From Chiloscyllium plagiosum (Eukaryota): a stretch of 64,000 nt of DNA. Under the pieces are notes generated by a model. It saw only the letters and a list, made by a program, of their open reading frames with translations. It searched no databases and had not been told where the DNA came from. The stretch covers positions 49,112,021 through 49,176,020 of the forward strand of contig NC_057718.1 of NCBI RefSeq assembly GCF_004010195.1. Direction: 5' to 3'. How positions within the stretch are numbered: position 1 is the first letter of the stretch; each line of letters starts with the position of its first letter. The position numbers were made by a program, and so were the translations under genes. Below, piece by piece: positions 1 to 12,286 of this stretch.

Positions 1-1329
1 ATCTGTTGAATCTTTCAGTACCATGTTACCCACATTTATTCTTATGTTACAGCAGCTAACATAAGCATTGACACATCAGTCACAAATAGCCTGGGAGGCA
101 AAACCCTACACATCACAGATCAGTAGTGAACACTGGTTTTTCATTGACTTGGAGGATTTTTCTCACCGTGGAGCTGATGACCTTAAGTTCTGGCAGATTT
201 GAAAAAAAAAAAAAAAATGGGTTAAAATCACACATTACCTTAACTGGAAAAGTCACATCTTTTATAAAGAGACAAACTTTTCCTCAGTTGTACACAAGAA
301 CCATGCAAAACACTTGCCAAATATTCTCAGCACCCAGCAGTCCCTTAAAAACACACAACTTCATCAAGAACAGGTTGGTTAACCTTGGATGATTTAACTA
401 GATTTCAAGAAGCATTACAAACTTAAAGTAAACTACTGCAACTTTTTGATGAACCTAATTACATTAGTCATAAGTTATTACTTAACGACCTTACCAAGCA
501 ATATCTTTTGCATTGCTCAGTTAAGCCAGAGAATCTGCTGTTTTATGAAAGACAAGACATCAGTATCATGCAGTCTGATTCTAATGTGGAAGACTGCACA
601 CCATCAAGGTTACAACAGCATTAATTCAAGAGATCAGATTATCTTTGTCATTAAATTTAAGTCCAGCATAAAAATTAACAAATAATGCAGCTCTTGAGTA
701 TGATGCCCATATATCATGGTCAGTACATTCAAGCTGCAGTAAGTCAGCATGCTTTTAAGAGAAATGCTCATGAAAAGCCCTAGCATAGCAGGTCACCCAA
801 CAGTATTAGTGATTATATACTCCATCTTTACTTCAATCACTGGAAGTATGACATGCTGCGAAAATGCTGCTCTATAATCTAGTAATGTACAGCAGACACA
901 TGTCCTCGTGAATGTAATATACAATAGGTTATTGCAATAAATTCTACTGGGTTCTTTATTTACATATTCATATCCGGTTGTGAGGTATTATGTAGACATG
1001 GGTGCAGCAGGTAAAATATCCTGCTGCACTCTATAGGCCAAAATTTAATGGAGTGGAGGACCTAGCAGAAAATAGGTTACCCTTCATTGAGAAGGATGGT
1101 GGTGGTAGTGGCGATGAGACAGACAGAGACAATGATCACAGAATCTAGGAGAGATTTTTCAACACAAGTATTAAGAGATTTTTTCCGTGGAGCACAGGAA
1201 ACAATGTACTTTTCCAGGCAAAGAAATAATTGCTATTTGAGTTTCTAAATGCTTATTTTCAATAAATTTCCCATATGAGGCAGTGGAAGCTTCACAAAAT
1301 AAAACACCTTAAATTTGTGAATTGCTTAT

Positions 1330-2305
1330 CTTAACCATCAATATAAATAAAATCAACACCATATACTTGGATTTGCAGTTTACTGAACTTAGTGGGAAAG
1401 CAAGTGGCAAGGATGACAGTCTGCAGAGGGATATAGAGAGGTTAAGCAAGTGAATAAGAACTTGGCAGATGGGATAGAAATATGGGAAAATGAGGTTATG
1501 CACTCGGGCAAGAAGAGGTGCTGAATATTATTTAAAATGAAGAAAGATCGCAGAAAGCTACAACACAGGAGCTGTCCTCATGCATAAATCACAAAATGCT
1601 AGCAAAACATTCAGCAGGTAATAGGGAAGGCAAATGTAACGTCTGGAATAAGTGCAAAGGAAATAGAATGTAAAAAATACAGAGGTCTTTCTAAAATTAT
1701 AAGGCATTAGTCAGACCACAGCTGGAATACTGAACAATTTGATCTTTTATGGAGGGAAGCAGAGGCACTGGGGAGTCATTGGAGTTTAGAAGAATGATAA
1801 TTAAAACATACAAGATTCATGGGGGCTACAATAATATAAATAAAAACAAGGATGTGCAAATGCTGGAAATGTGAAACAAGAGAAAAAAAAATTGCTGGAG
1901 AAAAGCAGTAATCTGGCAGCATCTGTGGAGAGTTTCACATTCAGTGACCCTTCATCAGAATAGATTCTGAAGGAGCATAACAGAATAGATGTTGAAAGGC
2001 TGCTTCCTTTGAGAAAGCCTCAGATCAGACGCATAAATCTCAGTATTTTAAGACAGTATTCCTCTCAAATATCAATGAATCTGTAGAATGAGTACCATAG
2101 ATTATTTCACAGGCTGAGGTGTTGAGTATATTCACAGCAGAGGTAGATGAGGCATTGAATCAGCAAGAGAATCGAGGGTTAGAAGGTAAGAAGGCACAAA
2201 ACTGGAGTTGAGGATAATCAGATCAGCCATGACCTCATTGAATGGTGTAGCAGACTTGATGGGCTGATTAGCCTACTTTTGCTCCTGTGTTTTATGGTTT
2301 TATGA
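1330..2305 (+). mobile_element. CR1-type LINE 3' fragment (RT end + 3' UTR), decayed
   Basis: ctgcagagggatatagagagg (LQRDI), gtcagaccacagctggaatac (VRPQLEY), CR1 tail gatcagccatga...gctcctgtgtttatgg. Confidence 0.8.
1838..1962 (-). mobile_element. PLE terminal fragment with decayed hammerhead motif, nested in CR1
   Basis: Reverse complement ttCTGATGAagggtcactga...cagatgctgccaga..., similar to the tails at 6875-6962 and 50205-50312. Confidence 0.65.
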
Positions 2306-4289
2306 ATGGAGTTTCCGGAGCTAGCAGTGGCATGCCTGAGAAACTTTAAGAAATCCAAGCTCAGGCTTTTCCAAATAGGTAAAGGCCTCCTGAAACAAAC
2401 CATTGTTCTGTCGTTATAGGTAACTTCAATCGTTTCTTGTAAATATTGCACTTTTGTCTATTTCACTCAAGCCAATTTCCCGCAGAAAGTACTCAGTTTA
2501 ATGAAAAACCCAGTTGGCAGCAAAAATAAAGTCAATAGTTTAATAGAAGTCATTGGGTTTCTTCAGCCTCTTCTTTTTTAAACGGATTGTTGAAGAACCA
2601 TTTTGATGGATTTTTCTCATTCTCATCATTGTCTCCCGATTTTTTTGCGTGCTTATGAAGGTCAAATTTGAATTTAAAAAAATAACAGCTAAAAAGTGTA
2701 CACTCAAAGAGTCCAAAGAGTTGTAAAAGAAGTGCAGCAGACAAAATGGACAGAGGCTTCAAAAAGGCGCACAGTGATGCAAATAGATTTAAAGCCACAA
2801 CTTCAAAAGATGCATTGCAGATTGGTGTCTTTTAAAATATTAGCAGCATTTACAGAAAAGGTTGGTATTTATATCTATAACAGCATATGGAGAGAGTATA
2901 ATATGCTCAGTGGAAAAAAAATAATATTAAATTGGAATTTTCACAGTTTAAGGGAATCACTGGTGTAACAATGTGTCCAATAACCATTCCATAATTGGCA
3001 CTATCGGTGCCACAAACTAAAAATAAAAGTAATTGTCATGGCACATTTAAAGTACAAATAGTCCCGAAGGTACAAAGTTAATTTCCTGTTATCTCCTATT
3101 GTTCTGTATCACCATCGTCATTTTTGCATTCAAACTAAGAATCTTTTTTTAAAGTTTTACATCAAGTTAAATTTATTATAAAAAAGGAGTTCAATTGCTG
3201 AATTGCAACATGAATAAAAGATTGCCTGAGGAAACTGTTTTACTGATCTGTAATAATTTAAGAAACTTTTGCTCATTGCAACAGTATTTAAAAAGTAAAT
3301 TATACAGATCTTAGACTAAAGGGGAGAACTGAAGAGTGGAGGTTCAGCTCTGTCACATTCTTAATTTGCATTCAATAAAATACGTCAGAAGACACTGGAC
3401 ATTTTGTTAAATAATTGAAGTTATGGAATTAAACTACATTTTCTGCATGCAACAATCAGGAATGACCTACAAAAAGTCAAATGCATACACAAATCAGATA
3501 CAAGCAAATCCTTTGTAAAATCCTAATACAAGCAAACGGTCAGGAGGCCTTCCTGACTCAGTAGGTTATATGCAAATTTGGTGAAACTCAGCCTTTTTCT
3601 CTCATCACTGACCTAAACTGTTTATTTCCAGTTAAAGAACTTTGCCCAATCGGAATTGGTATAAGCACCCTTCCTTCAGTACCCTTTCTTCCTGGACAAT
3701 TAATTTAAACAGTAATCTAATCCCTCAAACAACTGTGACCTCTTGATCAATTTATATCCAGATACCTCTGCAACAGTAATAGCCCTAACAGGCAATACCA
3801 AACTTGGAGTGGACAGCATCCAGTCTCCAGACTCTAGACTTAGATAGGCCATCACCAAGCAACAGTGTTTACAAACAGACGGAGATTGGATACTTGGCAG
3901 ACATTTAGATTATAAATACACAATGATCGTTTGAAGAGCAAGGCTGACAAAAATGCCATACTGAATCACAGCACCAGTATTTTCCCCAATGTATCAATTT
4001 AAACAAAATTCTATTTAATTCTAATGTTGTAGAATTCTGTAGTTCACTAGCACTTTAAAAATTTTAAAGTCCCATTTGACTTTTCCTTATATAGGATGAA
4101 CCATGAAAATATAGTCCTCTGACCTGGCAAGTTTTCAATTTCTTCAAAATTTGTTTACCACTTGTGATCTGGTATTTATATTAAATGACGAAAACAGATC
4201 TATTTGTAGGCTATGCTGACAATAATCAGACAAATGGCAAGTGTTCGAGCAAATCCATGGGTACCTGTTCAGTCATTATGCTTTTGTAT

Positions 4290-4600
4290 TAAAGTATCAT
4301 TGGGGCAGACTGCAGAAAGGAGAAGTCTGTGAGGAATGGTCCAAGGGGGCTTTAAAATTGTGAAAGGTTTCACTAGAGATGTCACACAGAGCATTTTCAC
4401 TTGTGAGCAAGTCCAAAACTAGGACCATATATAAAAATAGATTGTCACTAATAAATCCAAGAAATAATTCACAAGAAACAAATACAAATAAAATCGAATA
4501 GTTCAAAACTTCCTATCACTGAATGGAAGTAGTGAATGGGCAATTGCTGTTTTTAAGAGAAATATAGGCAAGCATGAGAGAAAGACATGTAAAATGAGTG
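4290..4600 (+). mobile_element. Old CR1 3' fragment
   Basis: cttgtgagcaagtccaaaactaggacc resembles the CR1 ORF2 end (SKTRGH). Confidence 0.5.
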
Positions 4601-5094
4601 ACTTAAAATGTGAATCTTGCATTGTGATATATATATATATATTTTAATATGATTCTCATGTGTTCAGTTAATGATCCCAAGTTAAGGTTACCAGCCAGGG
4701 ATAAAAAAGGGAAAAGTGATTATGGTTCAGATTGCCACCTGGTTAAACTCAGGGACAGGAGTAAGTTATTCTAATCACATCATGATCAAGCTTTATTTCC
4801 CATAGTCCCATATCCCTTGATAACACCACGTTTAAAAAAAATTAACACTTCTTTGAAGTTCCAATTATTCTAGCAACCTTTAGGAGGAAAGAAAACAGCA
4901 GATTTCTAGTAGCAGTTATAAAGGGTGCACTCAGATTTCTCCAAATACCCATATTTTAAGACAACATCCCCTGACTGTTGATTATCCAGTCAAATGAAAT
5001 AGTTTAGCTTTAATTTTAAATAAAATCAGCTCATCCCTCAACGCTGAAACTCAAAAAAGGTATATAACAACTTTACCATTTGTCCTCCTAGCTT

Positions 5095-5462
5095 TATAGA
5101 ATCAAAGCCTGACAGGGCAGAAAGAGGCCATTCAGCCCATCAAGTCAGCACCAACCCTTTAAACAGCATCCCACCCAGTCCCCACAATATCCCATAACTC
5201 CACATTTCCCATGGCTAACCTGAGAACGGGTTAGCCTGTTAGCTGCAGGTTAGCCTGCACATCCCTGGATACCAGGGTCAACTTAGCATAGCCAATCCAC
5301 CTAACATGAACAGCTTTGGAGAGAGAGGAAACTGAAACACTTGGAGGTAACCCATGCAAACACAGGGAGAATGTCGGTGTGGAGTTTGCACATTCGCTCA
5401 ATCGGCCAGATGCCTGGTTCTGTGAGACAGTATTGCTAAGCGCTGAGCAACCGTGCTGGCCC
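5095..5462 (-). mobile_element. HE1-family SINE (V-SINE), old copy
   Basis: tRNA-derived head, V-domain (cacagggagaatgt...) and CR1-like tail. Confidence 0.75.
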
Positions 5463-5912
5463 TTAAGTTAATTCTTGAAGCTTTGGTATCATTCTGGAAA
5501 AGTTCCAAAGAACCTCCATCATGGTCAATATATACCTTCCCTGAAGTGGTAGCCCATAGCTGAACACGGTACACCAGATATGATCTACAGCACTCTACAA
5601 CTGAAGCATATCTTTTAAAAAGTAATTTCTATGCATATTTCAGCTCGCTTTCAAATAAGGTCAATATTCCATCAACATTCAGGTCCGCACCCTCACACTT
5701 GGATATGTTAAACTTCATTGGCCATTATTTTGCCTATTTGCTTGTTTATGATCCTTTGTAACTTCTTGTTCAAATCACCATAATTTGTTTCCATTTCCAT
5801 GAACATAATGTTCTAATCCTTTATTCTACATAAAAAATATCTGGGGACCATCACCAGCCACATCCCTCTAATTGGAGGAACTGCCTCTTCCCCAAATAAT
5901 CTGACACCTACC

Positions 5913-5980
5913 CTATTTTCCTGCTCCTTGAATGCTGCCTGAACTGCTGTGCTTTTCCAGCACCACTCTAATCCAGAACC
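5913..5980 (+). mobile_element. PLE tail fragment (family A)
   Basis: cctgctccttgaatgctgcctgaactgctgtgcttttccagcacc; acctacc on both sides. Confidence 0.7.
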
Positions 5981-7136
5981 TACCTACCAATAACTATCCA
6001 GTCATGTCACATTCAATGTGGTCTTGACTTTGCCAACCTCTTGTGGAGTCTTGTTAATAATAGTGTAGAATGACCCTAATTTTGAGACCAGACAGAGACT
6101 CCATTGTCTATTTAACATGTTAGAACCGCCTCAAAGAACAAGTTAGATTAATCAGACATGGTTTACCCGTCACACATTTAAATTTTACTCTGACCTACTG
6201 CAAATTATTTGGATGTTCGGTCACTGCTTGTCAGGACACATTCAAATAACACCCCAAATTCATGCTAAACTGATGGATCTGAAGTTGCCCATTTTCTCCC
6301 ACCTTTTCTAATGGAGTGACATTTTCCAAATAGAATTCTGAAATCTAAGATTTAGAAAAATGACTTGCGGACCTGAAATTTTCAGACCTGTTTTCTTTAA
6401 CATCCTGAAGTGGAACTCACCAGCTTTGAGAGATTTGTCTATCTTCAGTCACACTATTTTCTCCATTACCATTTTTCAGAAAAATTAGGCAAACTGAGCT
6501 CTAGTCCCTTACCATAGTGGAAACACCAGCAGTACAAGAGGTTCAAAATACCAACTGAATACCCACCATTCTGGATTCTTCATCATCTTCAATGAAACCC
6601 TATTTCACACTTACTGTCCTTTTATCGAGTTAACATATAAAAACACATTTTTACTAATAGATTTTGTGTTCTTTACAAGCATTTTGCTGCATTTGATACC
6701 ATTCTAGTCAGTTAATTTCCACTTGATTTGCATTGTGTAAACCTGGTCTTTAAGGACGTCACTGCCTCATATCACTTGAACAGCAGAGTTGCTTAAAATA
6801 CAATAAAAAGAGCTTTGAATAAAAATCTTCCCCCGCCCTATAGTTTTTCTTATTTAAGAGAATTGTGAATGTTGGCCATTTGAAACTCAGCGGGTCTGAC
6901 AGCATCTGTAAAGACAGAAGCAGAGTTAACACTTCAAGTCCAGTGAACCTTAATCAGAACTAAAAGTAGCTGGGCTACTTACAGCATAAGTGGCAGTTAT
7001 GCTGATGACAGTGGAGGTGGGAATGGAATGTATGCAGAAGATGAAGGAGTGAGAAATCATATGCAAACAGAGTTTGCTCATAAGCCTAGAGAGTTGGGAG
7101 GGTGCTAACGTGAAGTGCAAATGATTGAGAATGCGT

Positions 7137-7302
7137 TGGTACAATGATAGTGTCTTGACTTTTGAGCAAAGAGGCCTGGATTCCGGAATAGAGTGGCGCT
7201 GGAAAAGCACAGCAGTTCAGGCAGCATCCGAGGAGCAGGATTCAAGTCCAAACTGCTTCAGAGGGATGTAATAACATCACTGAACATGTCGATTAGAAAA
7301 AT
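7137..7302 (+). mobile_element. Short tRNA-derived SINE-like element, split by a PLE tail (7184-7237)
   Basis: B-box-like ggattcaagtcc, body gtaataacatcactgaac...gattagaaaa; ggattc duplicated around the nested insert. Confidence 0.55.
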
Positions 7303-7351
7303 TCTGAACTCCCTGTAAGCAGACAGACATTGAATCTGTGCCTAGGATCTT

Positions 7352-7452
7352 ATGATACAGTGGTATTGTCTCTACCTCTAGGCCAGGAGATTTGAATTCA
7401 AGTCCCACCTGTCCCAAAGATTTTAAATACCTGAACAGGTTGATTGAAAAAA
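7352..7452 (+). mobile_element. Short tRNA-derived SINE-like element (second copy)
   Basis: cagtggtattgtctctacctctaggccaggag...aattcaagtcccacctg...ctgaacaggttgattgaaaa. Confidence 0.55.
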
Positions 7453-8259
7453 ACGTTTTTAATACTATGGTTATTTTGGTTTTGCACATGTGTAGCCTAA
7501 CAGATGAATATGCAGTGCTCTGAGCAGCCCATACATAAACTCCTATGGGTTTGGGGGGAAGGTAATGAGTGAAGAAGAGAGTGTGTTCATGGTTCTGAAA
7601 CTGTTAAACTCAAGTCCCGAGGCGATAAAATGTACCTCATAGTGGGTGCAAGATGAGATGCTATTCTTCCAGCTTACATTGAGCTTCACTGGAATACTGC
7701 AGCAGACCCGAGACAGAAATGCTGGTCAGAGAATACAGTGGTGTCTTGAAGTGGAAGGCAACTGAAACTCGAGGTCATTTTAAAGGATAGAGTGGAAGTA
7801 GTCTGTAAAGCAATCACGTAGTCAGCATTTCATCTCCCTATTGTGAAGGGAGATTACATTCTGTCCATAAATATGACGCTGAACTTCCAGCTGACCACCA
7901 CTGCAACACCCCATTGTATTCCCAGGTCAACCTTTCTCAGAGCTGCTGCAGTTATCCTGGGGAAAGAAAGCATTACCTTCCACCTAGTTACCATATAGCC
8001 TTCAGGGCTCAAACATGGAGTGTAACAATTTCAGAAAATGCACACACTCCTCAGTTTTCACTACCTTCCCCCAAACCCTCCAGCGTCCTGTTAGGTTTGG
8101 GCTGCTCGAGCACAGCCAACCCATTTATAACCATTTATATTTTACACTGGCACCTTTCTAAGAATTATCTCAGTCTCAGATTATCCTCAGTAATCTCTAT
8201 TTGCTAATCCTTTTCTTCTCTCTGTCTAGGCACGGTGTATTCTAAATTTCCACTCGAGA

Positions 8260-8985
8260 GCGTTGCTGAACAAAGACCTTGGAGTGCAGATTCATAGTTC
8301 CTTGAAAGTGGAGTCACAGATAGACAGAATACTCAAGGTGTGTGGTATGCTTGTCTTTATTGGTCACTGCACTGAGTGTAGGATTTGGGAGTCATGTTGC
8401 TGCTGTACAGGGCATTGGTTAGGCTGCAATTCGAGTGGTGCATGCAATTCTGGTCTCCCTGATATAGGAAGGATGTTGTGAAACTTGAGAGTTCAGAAAA
8501 GATTTACAAGGATGTTGTCAGGGTTGGAGGGTTTGAGCTGTAGGGAGAGGCTGAATAGACAGAATACTTTCCCCGAGAGCATCAGAAGCTGAGGGGTCAT
8601 CTATTAGAGGTTTATGAAATCATGAGGGGCATAGATAGGGTAAAGACAAGGATTTTTCCTTTATGGGGGGGGGGGGGGGGGCATGGGGGAATCCAACACT
8701 CAAGGGCATAGGTTTAAGGAGAGAGGGGAAAGATTTAAACAGGGGACCCAGGGGGCAACTTTTTCATGTAGAAGGTGTTGTGTATATCGAATGAGCTGCC
8801 AAAGGAAGTGGCGGAGGCTGGTAATATTATAAAACATTTAAAAAGGCATCTGAATGGGTATGTTAACAGGAAGAGTTTAGAGGGACATTGGCCAAATGCG
8901 ACTAGAGATTTATTTTGGATGTCTGGCCGGCATGGACAAGTTGGACCGAACGGTCTGTTTCTGTGCTGTATATCTCGATGACTAA
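8260..8985 (+). mobile_element. HER1/CR1 LINE 3' fragment
   Basis: DLGVQIHSSLKVESQIDR...; same 3' UTR as 19545-19765. Confidence 0.9.
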
Positions 8986-10184
8986 ATATCTTGTCATCTT
9001 TGCAAAATCTTTGTGCTTCCAAAAGCAGGACATTCGGAATAGGCCACACTTTGTCTGACCTATCACCGAACCAATGGCTTCTGGATTTACTGTGACCAAT
9101 TATCTTTCCATTTGAGTTGGTCTTTTATCATTTACAAAGTATTCCCCAATGTTCCTGCTTTGATAAGTGTTGTACCACACTCATCATGTAGTTTATAATG
9201 TCTTTGCACATTTTCCAAAATGAGGCCTCTTTCTTGACGGTGGTAGTCTGTCAAATTTTTCAGATCATGCTCTGCAGCTAACCAACAGGAGGAAGCATGC
9301 TGTAGTGAGACCAGACAGGCATATTATCACTTTTCCATTGTCCTTGAAACAAACAGCACTGGCAAAAGTGCTCCACCTAGCAGCCTGGCTAAAACTGGCA
9401 GATTTTAAATCCCAACTGTTGCAGGCAGATTGGAGTGACAAACCACTTTAGGACTCAAACCCACATCAATTTGTGGGGAAGGTCAATGCTGCAACTGCTG
9501 AGCTGCTTTGCCTTTGCTACTGTAAATGCCATCAATACTGCTCACTCCTTACGTGATAAATCTACGAAATTGAAAAATACATATACTGCACTGCATTCGA
9601 ACGAAACAAGGTCAATATCATTAAGCCAATGTCTCTAATTATGCTGCATTGGAGATTATGTTTGCCATGTAATCAGGACCTTTCAGAAGTTGTTCATATC
9701 TGCAGACCATGCATGAATCATCACTAATGGTCTCTTTCCCCCCTCAATTTCTGTGCTAGTAAAGCAGTCATGCACACTAGCCGGGGTGACGTGCTACACA
9801 TACTGTATTCGTTTGCAGGATGTTGCCCTGCGCTCCTGCAATGTGACATTTCAAAACAGGCATTTTCATTCAATAAGCAGAATTGAAAAACAACACCGTT
9901 TTCACGTCAAAGTCAATCGCTTTATGCATTCCACGTGCAGGCTATGCAACTAAAAATGCTTAAAATGGATCGAGCCTTGAAACGAACCGATTTAGTTCCG
10001 CAGGCTGCGCCGTTCACAAATTACTACCAACTCCTGGCGACTTTTGCTTTTCGAAGCAAAACTGTGAAGGCAGCGAATCTCTCTGTGCCTGCTTTATACT
10101 TGACCCTAACAACAACTCTGGAAACCTCCGATCGTTAAAAAAAAAATAACTTCCTTATTTTAGAAAAAAAAATGAAAGGTCTAC

Positions 10185-11106
10185 CTTTTAAAACCAGCGG
10201 ATCCTTGCCTTCTCGTTTCAACGATTCCAGCACTATGTGGAGTGGCTGAGAGGGCAGCACCCGGTTGGGCTCAATAGTGTTCTCATCATAAACTATTATC
10301 TCCTTGGAGAATATCCTTTTATAGGAGTCCTTGCCTTCCCTGCAGGAGATGAGATCCAAGACGGTGATCTTGCCCTGCTGCAGCCTCCTCCTGCTGATCT
10401 TGTCCGAGCAGTTGATGTGGACGGCTCCCTGGATGTGGCTCTTGTTGTATTCCATGAAGGGGCGACAGTCGATGATGACCGGACCCTGGCTCTGAGACGG
10501 GGGGCCCTTGATGCCGCCGCTTTTGGTCAGTTTCTTGGCCAGCTCGGCCGGGGGGATGGTGCGGACGGCCGCAGCGGCCGGAGGGGACGGGCTCCCTCCG
10601 ACTCCGGGAGCCGGGGGGCTGGCAGAGCCGCCGTTCTCATTGCCGCTCACCATCGGGCTGCCGGCGCACGAAGGGCAGCCGGGTTTGGTGGCGGAGGCAG
10701 CAGCAGCAGCAGCAGCAGCCGCCGCTGGGGCTGGTAGAGGGTGGCTGCCGCCCACCACCGAGCCCGGGCTCGGGTCGCCCTTGTTGGGGGGGTAGGTGCT
10801 CACCGTGCAGCAACTAGCGCCGCTGCATCCGCAGGACAGGGAGCGCACCGAGCCGTTAGATGATGGCATATACGGAAAGTTGCCGCTTCGGGACGGGAGC
10901 GGAGCCGCCGCCTCCGCCAGGCTCTGAGCTTTCGGATGGCCAGCTGCCGGACTCACCGCTCCGGGACGAGAAGGAGGAGGAGGAGGAGGAGGTGGTGAAG
11001 CCGCCACGTAGGTGTGATCCAAACGGAGATGGAGCTCCTGCGGTCTGACCGGCCTCGGCAATGCCACCACCCCAACAATCCGTTCGTCTAGAGGGGATGG
11101 AGGCAT
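10185..11106 (-). CDS. DUSP10: Dual specificity phosphatase 10 (MKP-5), first coding exon (N-terminal extension + rhodanese/MAPK-binding domain); later exons outside window
   Basis: Translation MPPSPLDERIV...RPVRPQEL...YMPSSNGSVRSLSCGCSGASCCTV...GPVIIDCRPFMEYNKSHIQGAVHINCSDKISRRRLQQGKITVLDLISCREGKDSYKRIFSKEIIVYDE...LVLK(G) matches vertebrate DUSP10. Similarity ends at a phase-1 donor AAAG|GTAGAC at 10185/10184. Confidence 0.97.
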
Positions 11107-11153
11107 CAGGATGATGTTGATGAGCCCTGCTGGCGATCCGTGGAGGAAATGGA
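11107..11153 (-). other. DUSP10: 5' UTR part of DUSP10 exon 2
   Basis: Acceptor ttgatcccgtttcAG| with AG at 11155-11154 and a CTGAC branch-like motif about 20-25 nt upstream; 47 nt precede the ATG. Confidence 0.7.
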
Positions 11154-11525
11154 CTGAAACGGGATCAAATGTACTGTCAGCATCAGAGCGGAGGGAGGGG
11201 AGGGGAGAGCAATAAATTCAGAGGCACGCATTGGTTATTTCTGCCGCAAATAGAAGGGGATCGCAACTAAAAATAAACTCGAGGCACGGGCGCCTTCATT
11301 GGGCAACCTGGCGGACCGACTTTTTTTTTTAAAAAAAAGAGAAAATATAAATCAACAAACTGCTCGCTTATTCTCTGGGTGAGGTGCTTGCAATTTAAAG
11401 TCCAAGTTGAGCAGCAACTTTGTGCGGAACTGGGGTTTCACTCCGCATCCGCTGCAAGAGGCCATTGAGAAAAGAAATGTACTCACATCACAAAGTGCAG
11501 CTCCTCCCGTTCTCTTGGCACTTAC

Positions 11526-11635
11526 TGTCTAATCGTTATTGATCTATTCCCAGAGAAACTTCCCAACACTTGTAGTGTTTTTGTTTCTTTCTCTCTCTTT
11601 TGCTACATTCATTCAGCTGGTCCCCCGCCACTGCC
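11526..11635 (-). other. DUSP10: Putative non-coding exon 1 of DUSP10
   Basis: Donor ACA|GTAAGT at 11526/11525; start inferred ~28-30 nt downstream of the TATA box at 11662-11654. Confidence 0.65.
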
Positions 11636-11653
11636 GCTTTAATTCAGCTACAC

Positions 11654-11995
11654 TTTTTTATAACAACGCGATTCGCCTTCACCTGACAGGGGCGGGACCC
11701 GCTCTCCGATGGACAGGGCGCCCAACCAATGCGACCCCAGAATCCCTGGGGTTTGACACGCCCTCATGCCCCACCCACTGCCTGGTTGACCAATCACCGG
11801 TGGGAGGGGACGGACACCGCACCTTCATTGGTCGGGACGCGGCCGACGTTTTCATCATTATGACATCATTGGCAGCCAATGGGCGGGCCGGCAGCGAGGC
11901 CGCTCCCGGAATTGATGGGCTGCTCGCTCTTTCCAGTCCAGGGCTGGTGCAGCCGATACCAGTTTAAACTGACCGTGCAATCAGAGCCAATGCAG
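11654..11995 (-). promoter_or_regulatory. DUSP10 promoter: TATA box, GC box, multiple CCAAT boxes, CRE/ATF-like site
   Basis: TATAAAAAA (minus, 11662-11654); GGGGCGGG at ~11689-11696; CCAAT/ATTGG at 11726, 11790, 11827, 11868, 11876, 11987; ATGACATCAT at 11860-11869. Confidence 0.8.
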
Positions 11996-12286
11996 CCGGG
12001 ACCAGGTCAGCCAGTACCATCCGAGTGAGTGTGAACAGGGACAGTACCAATAGAGTGAGTGTGAACAGGGTCATAAACCTAGAGTCAGTGTGAACAGGGA
12101 CAGTACCAATAGAGTGAGTGTGAACAGGGTCAGTACACCTGGAGTCAGTGTGATCAGGGACAGTACGATCAGAGTGAGTGTGAACAGGGTCAGTACTCCT
12201 AGAGTAAGTGTAAACATGGCTAGTACACCCAGAATCAATGTGAACATGGCCAGTATCATCAGAGTGAGTGAACAGGGTCAATACAC

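Larger units (their letters stand above)
4780..6450 (-). mobile_element. Old CR1 RT fragment interrupted by HE1 and a PLE tail
   Basis: Degenerate CR1 antisense motifs (ccatagctgaacacggtacaccaga; taaacttcattggcc; gttagattaatcagacatg). Confidence 0.55.
6875..7850 (-). mobile_element. Penelope-like element 3' part: decayed GIY-YIG endonuclease + terminal region with hammerhead-like motif
   Basis: Minus translation ...VAFHFKTPLYSLTSISVSGLLQYSSEAQCKLEE*HLI... is homologous to 49488-49786; agtt-CTGATtA-a-ggttc-actg-gactt-GAAg-t-gtt-aact at 6961-6924. Confidence 0.8.
10380..11960. promoter_or_regulatory. CpG island over DUSP10 5' end
   Basis: Visibly GC- and CpG-rich against an AT-rich, CpG-depleted background. 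Confidence 0.8.

Noticed and set aside
2550..2798. Charged 82-aa ORF in DUSP10 sense orientation as a possible alternative exon
   Set aside because: No similarity to the DUSP10 catalytic domain and no convincing splice-site pair.
3545..3975. Possible ancient SINE in the DUSP10 intron
   Set aside because: Only a vague resemblance; no identifiable boxes and no second copy in the window.
8665..8690. Poly-G run as a functional G-quadruplex
   Set aside because: Homopolymer expansion inside a decayed CR1; no supporting context.
10135..10184. C-terminal tail of the 323-aa ORF (RPFIFFSKIRKLFFF)
   Set aside because: Intron read-through past the GT donor at 10184; DUSP10 similarity stops there.
10237..11048. 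Plus-strand ORFs of 166, 95 and 62 aa
   Set aside because: Antisense shadows of the GC-rich DUSP10 exon; no recognisable protein.
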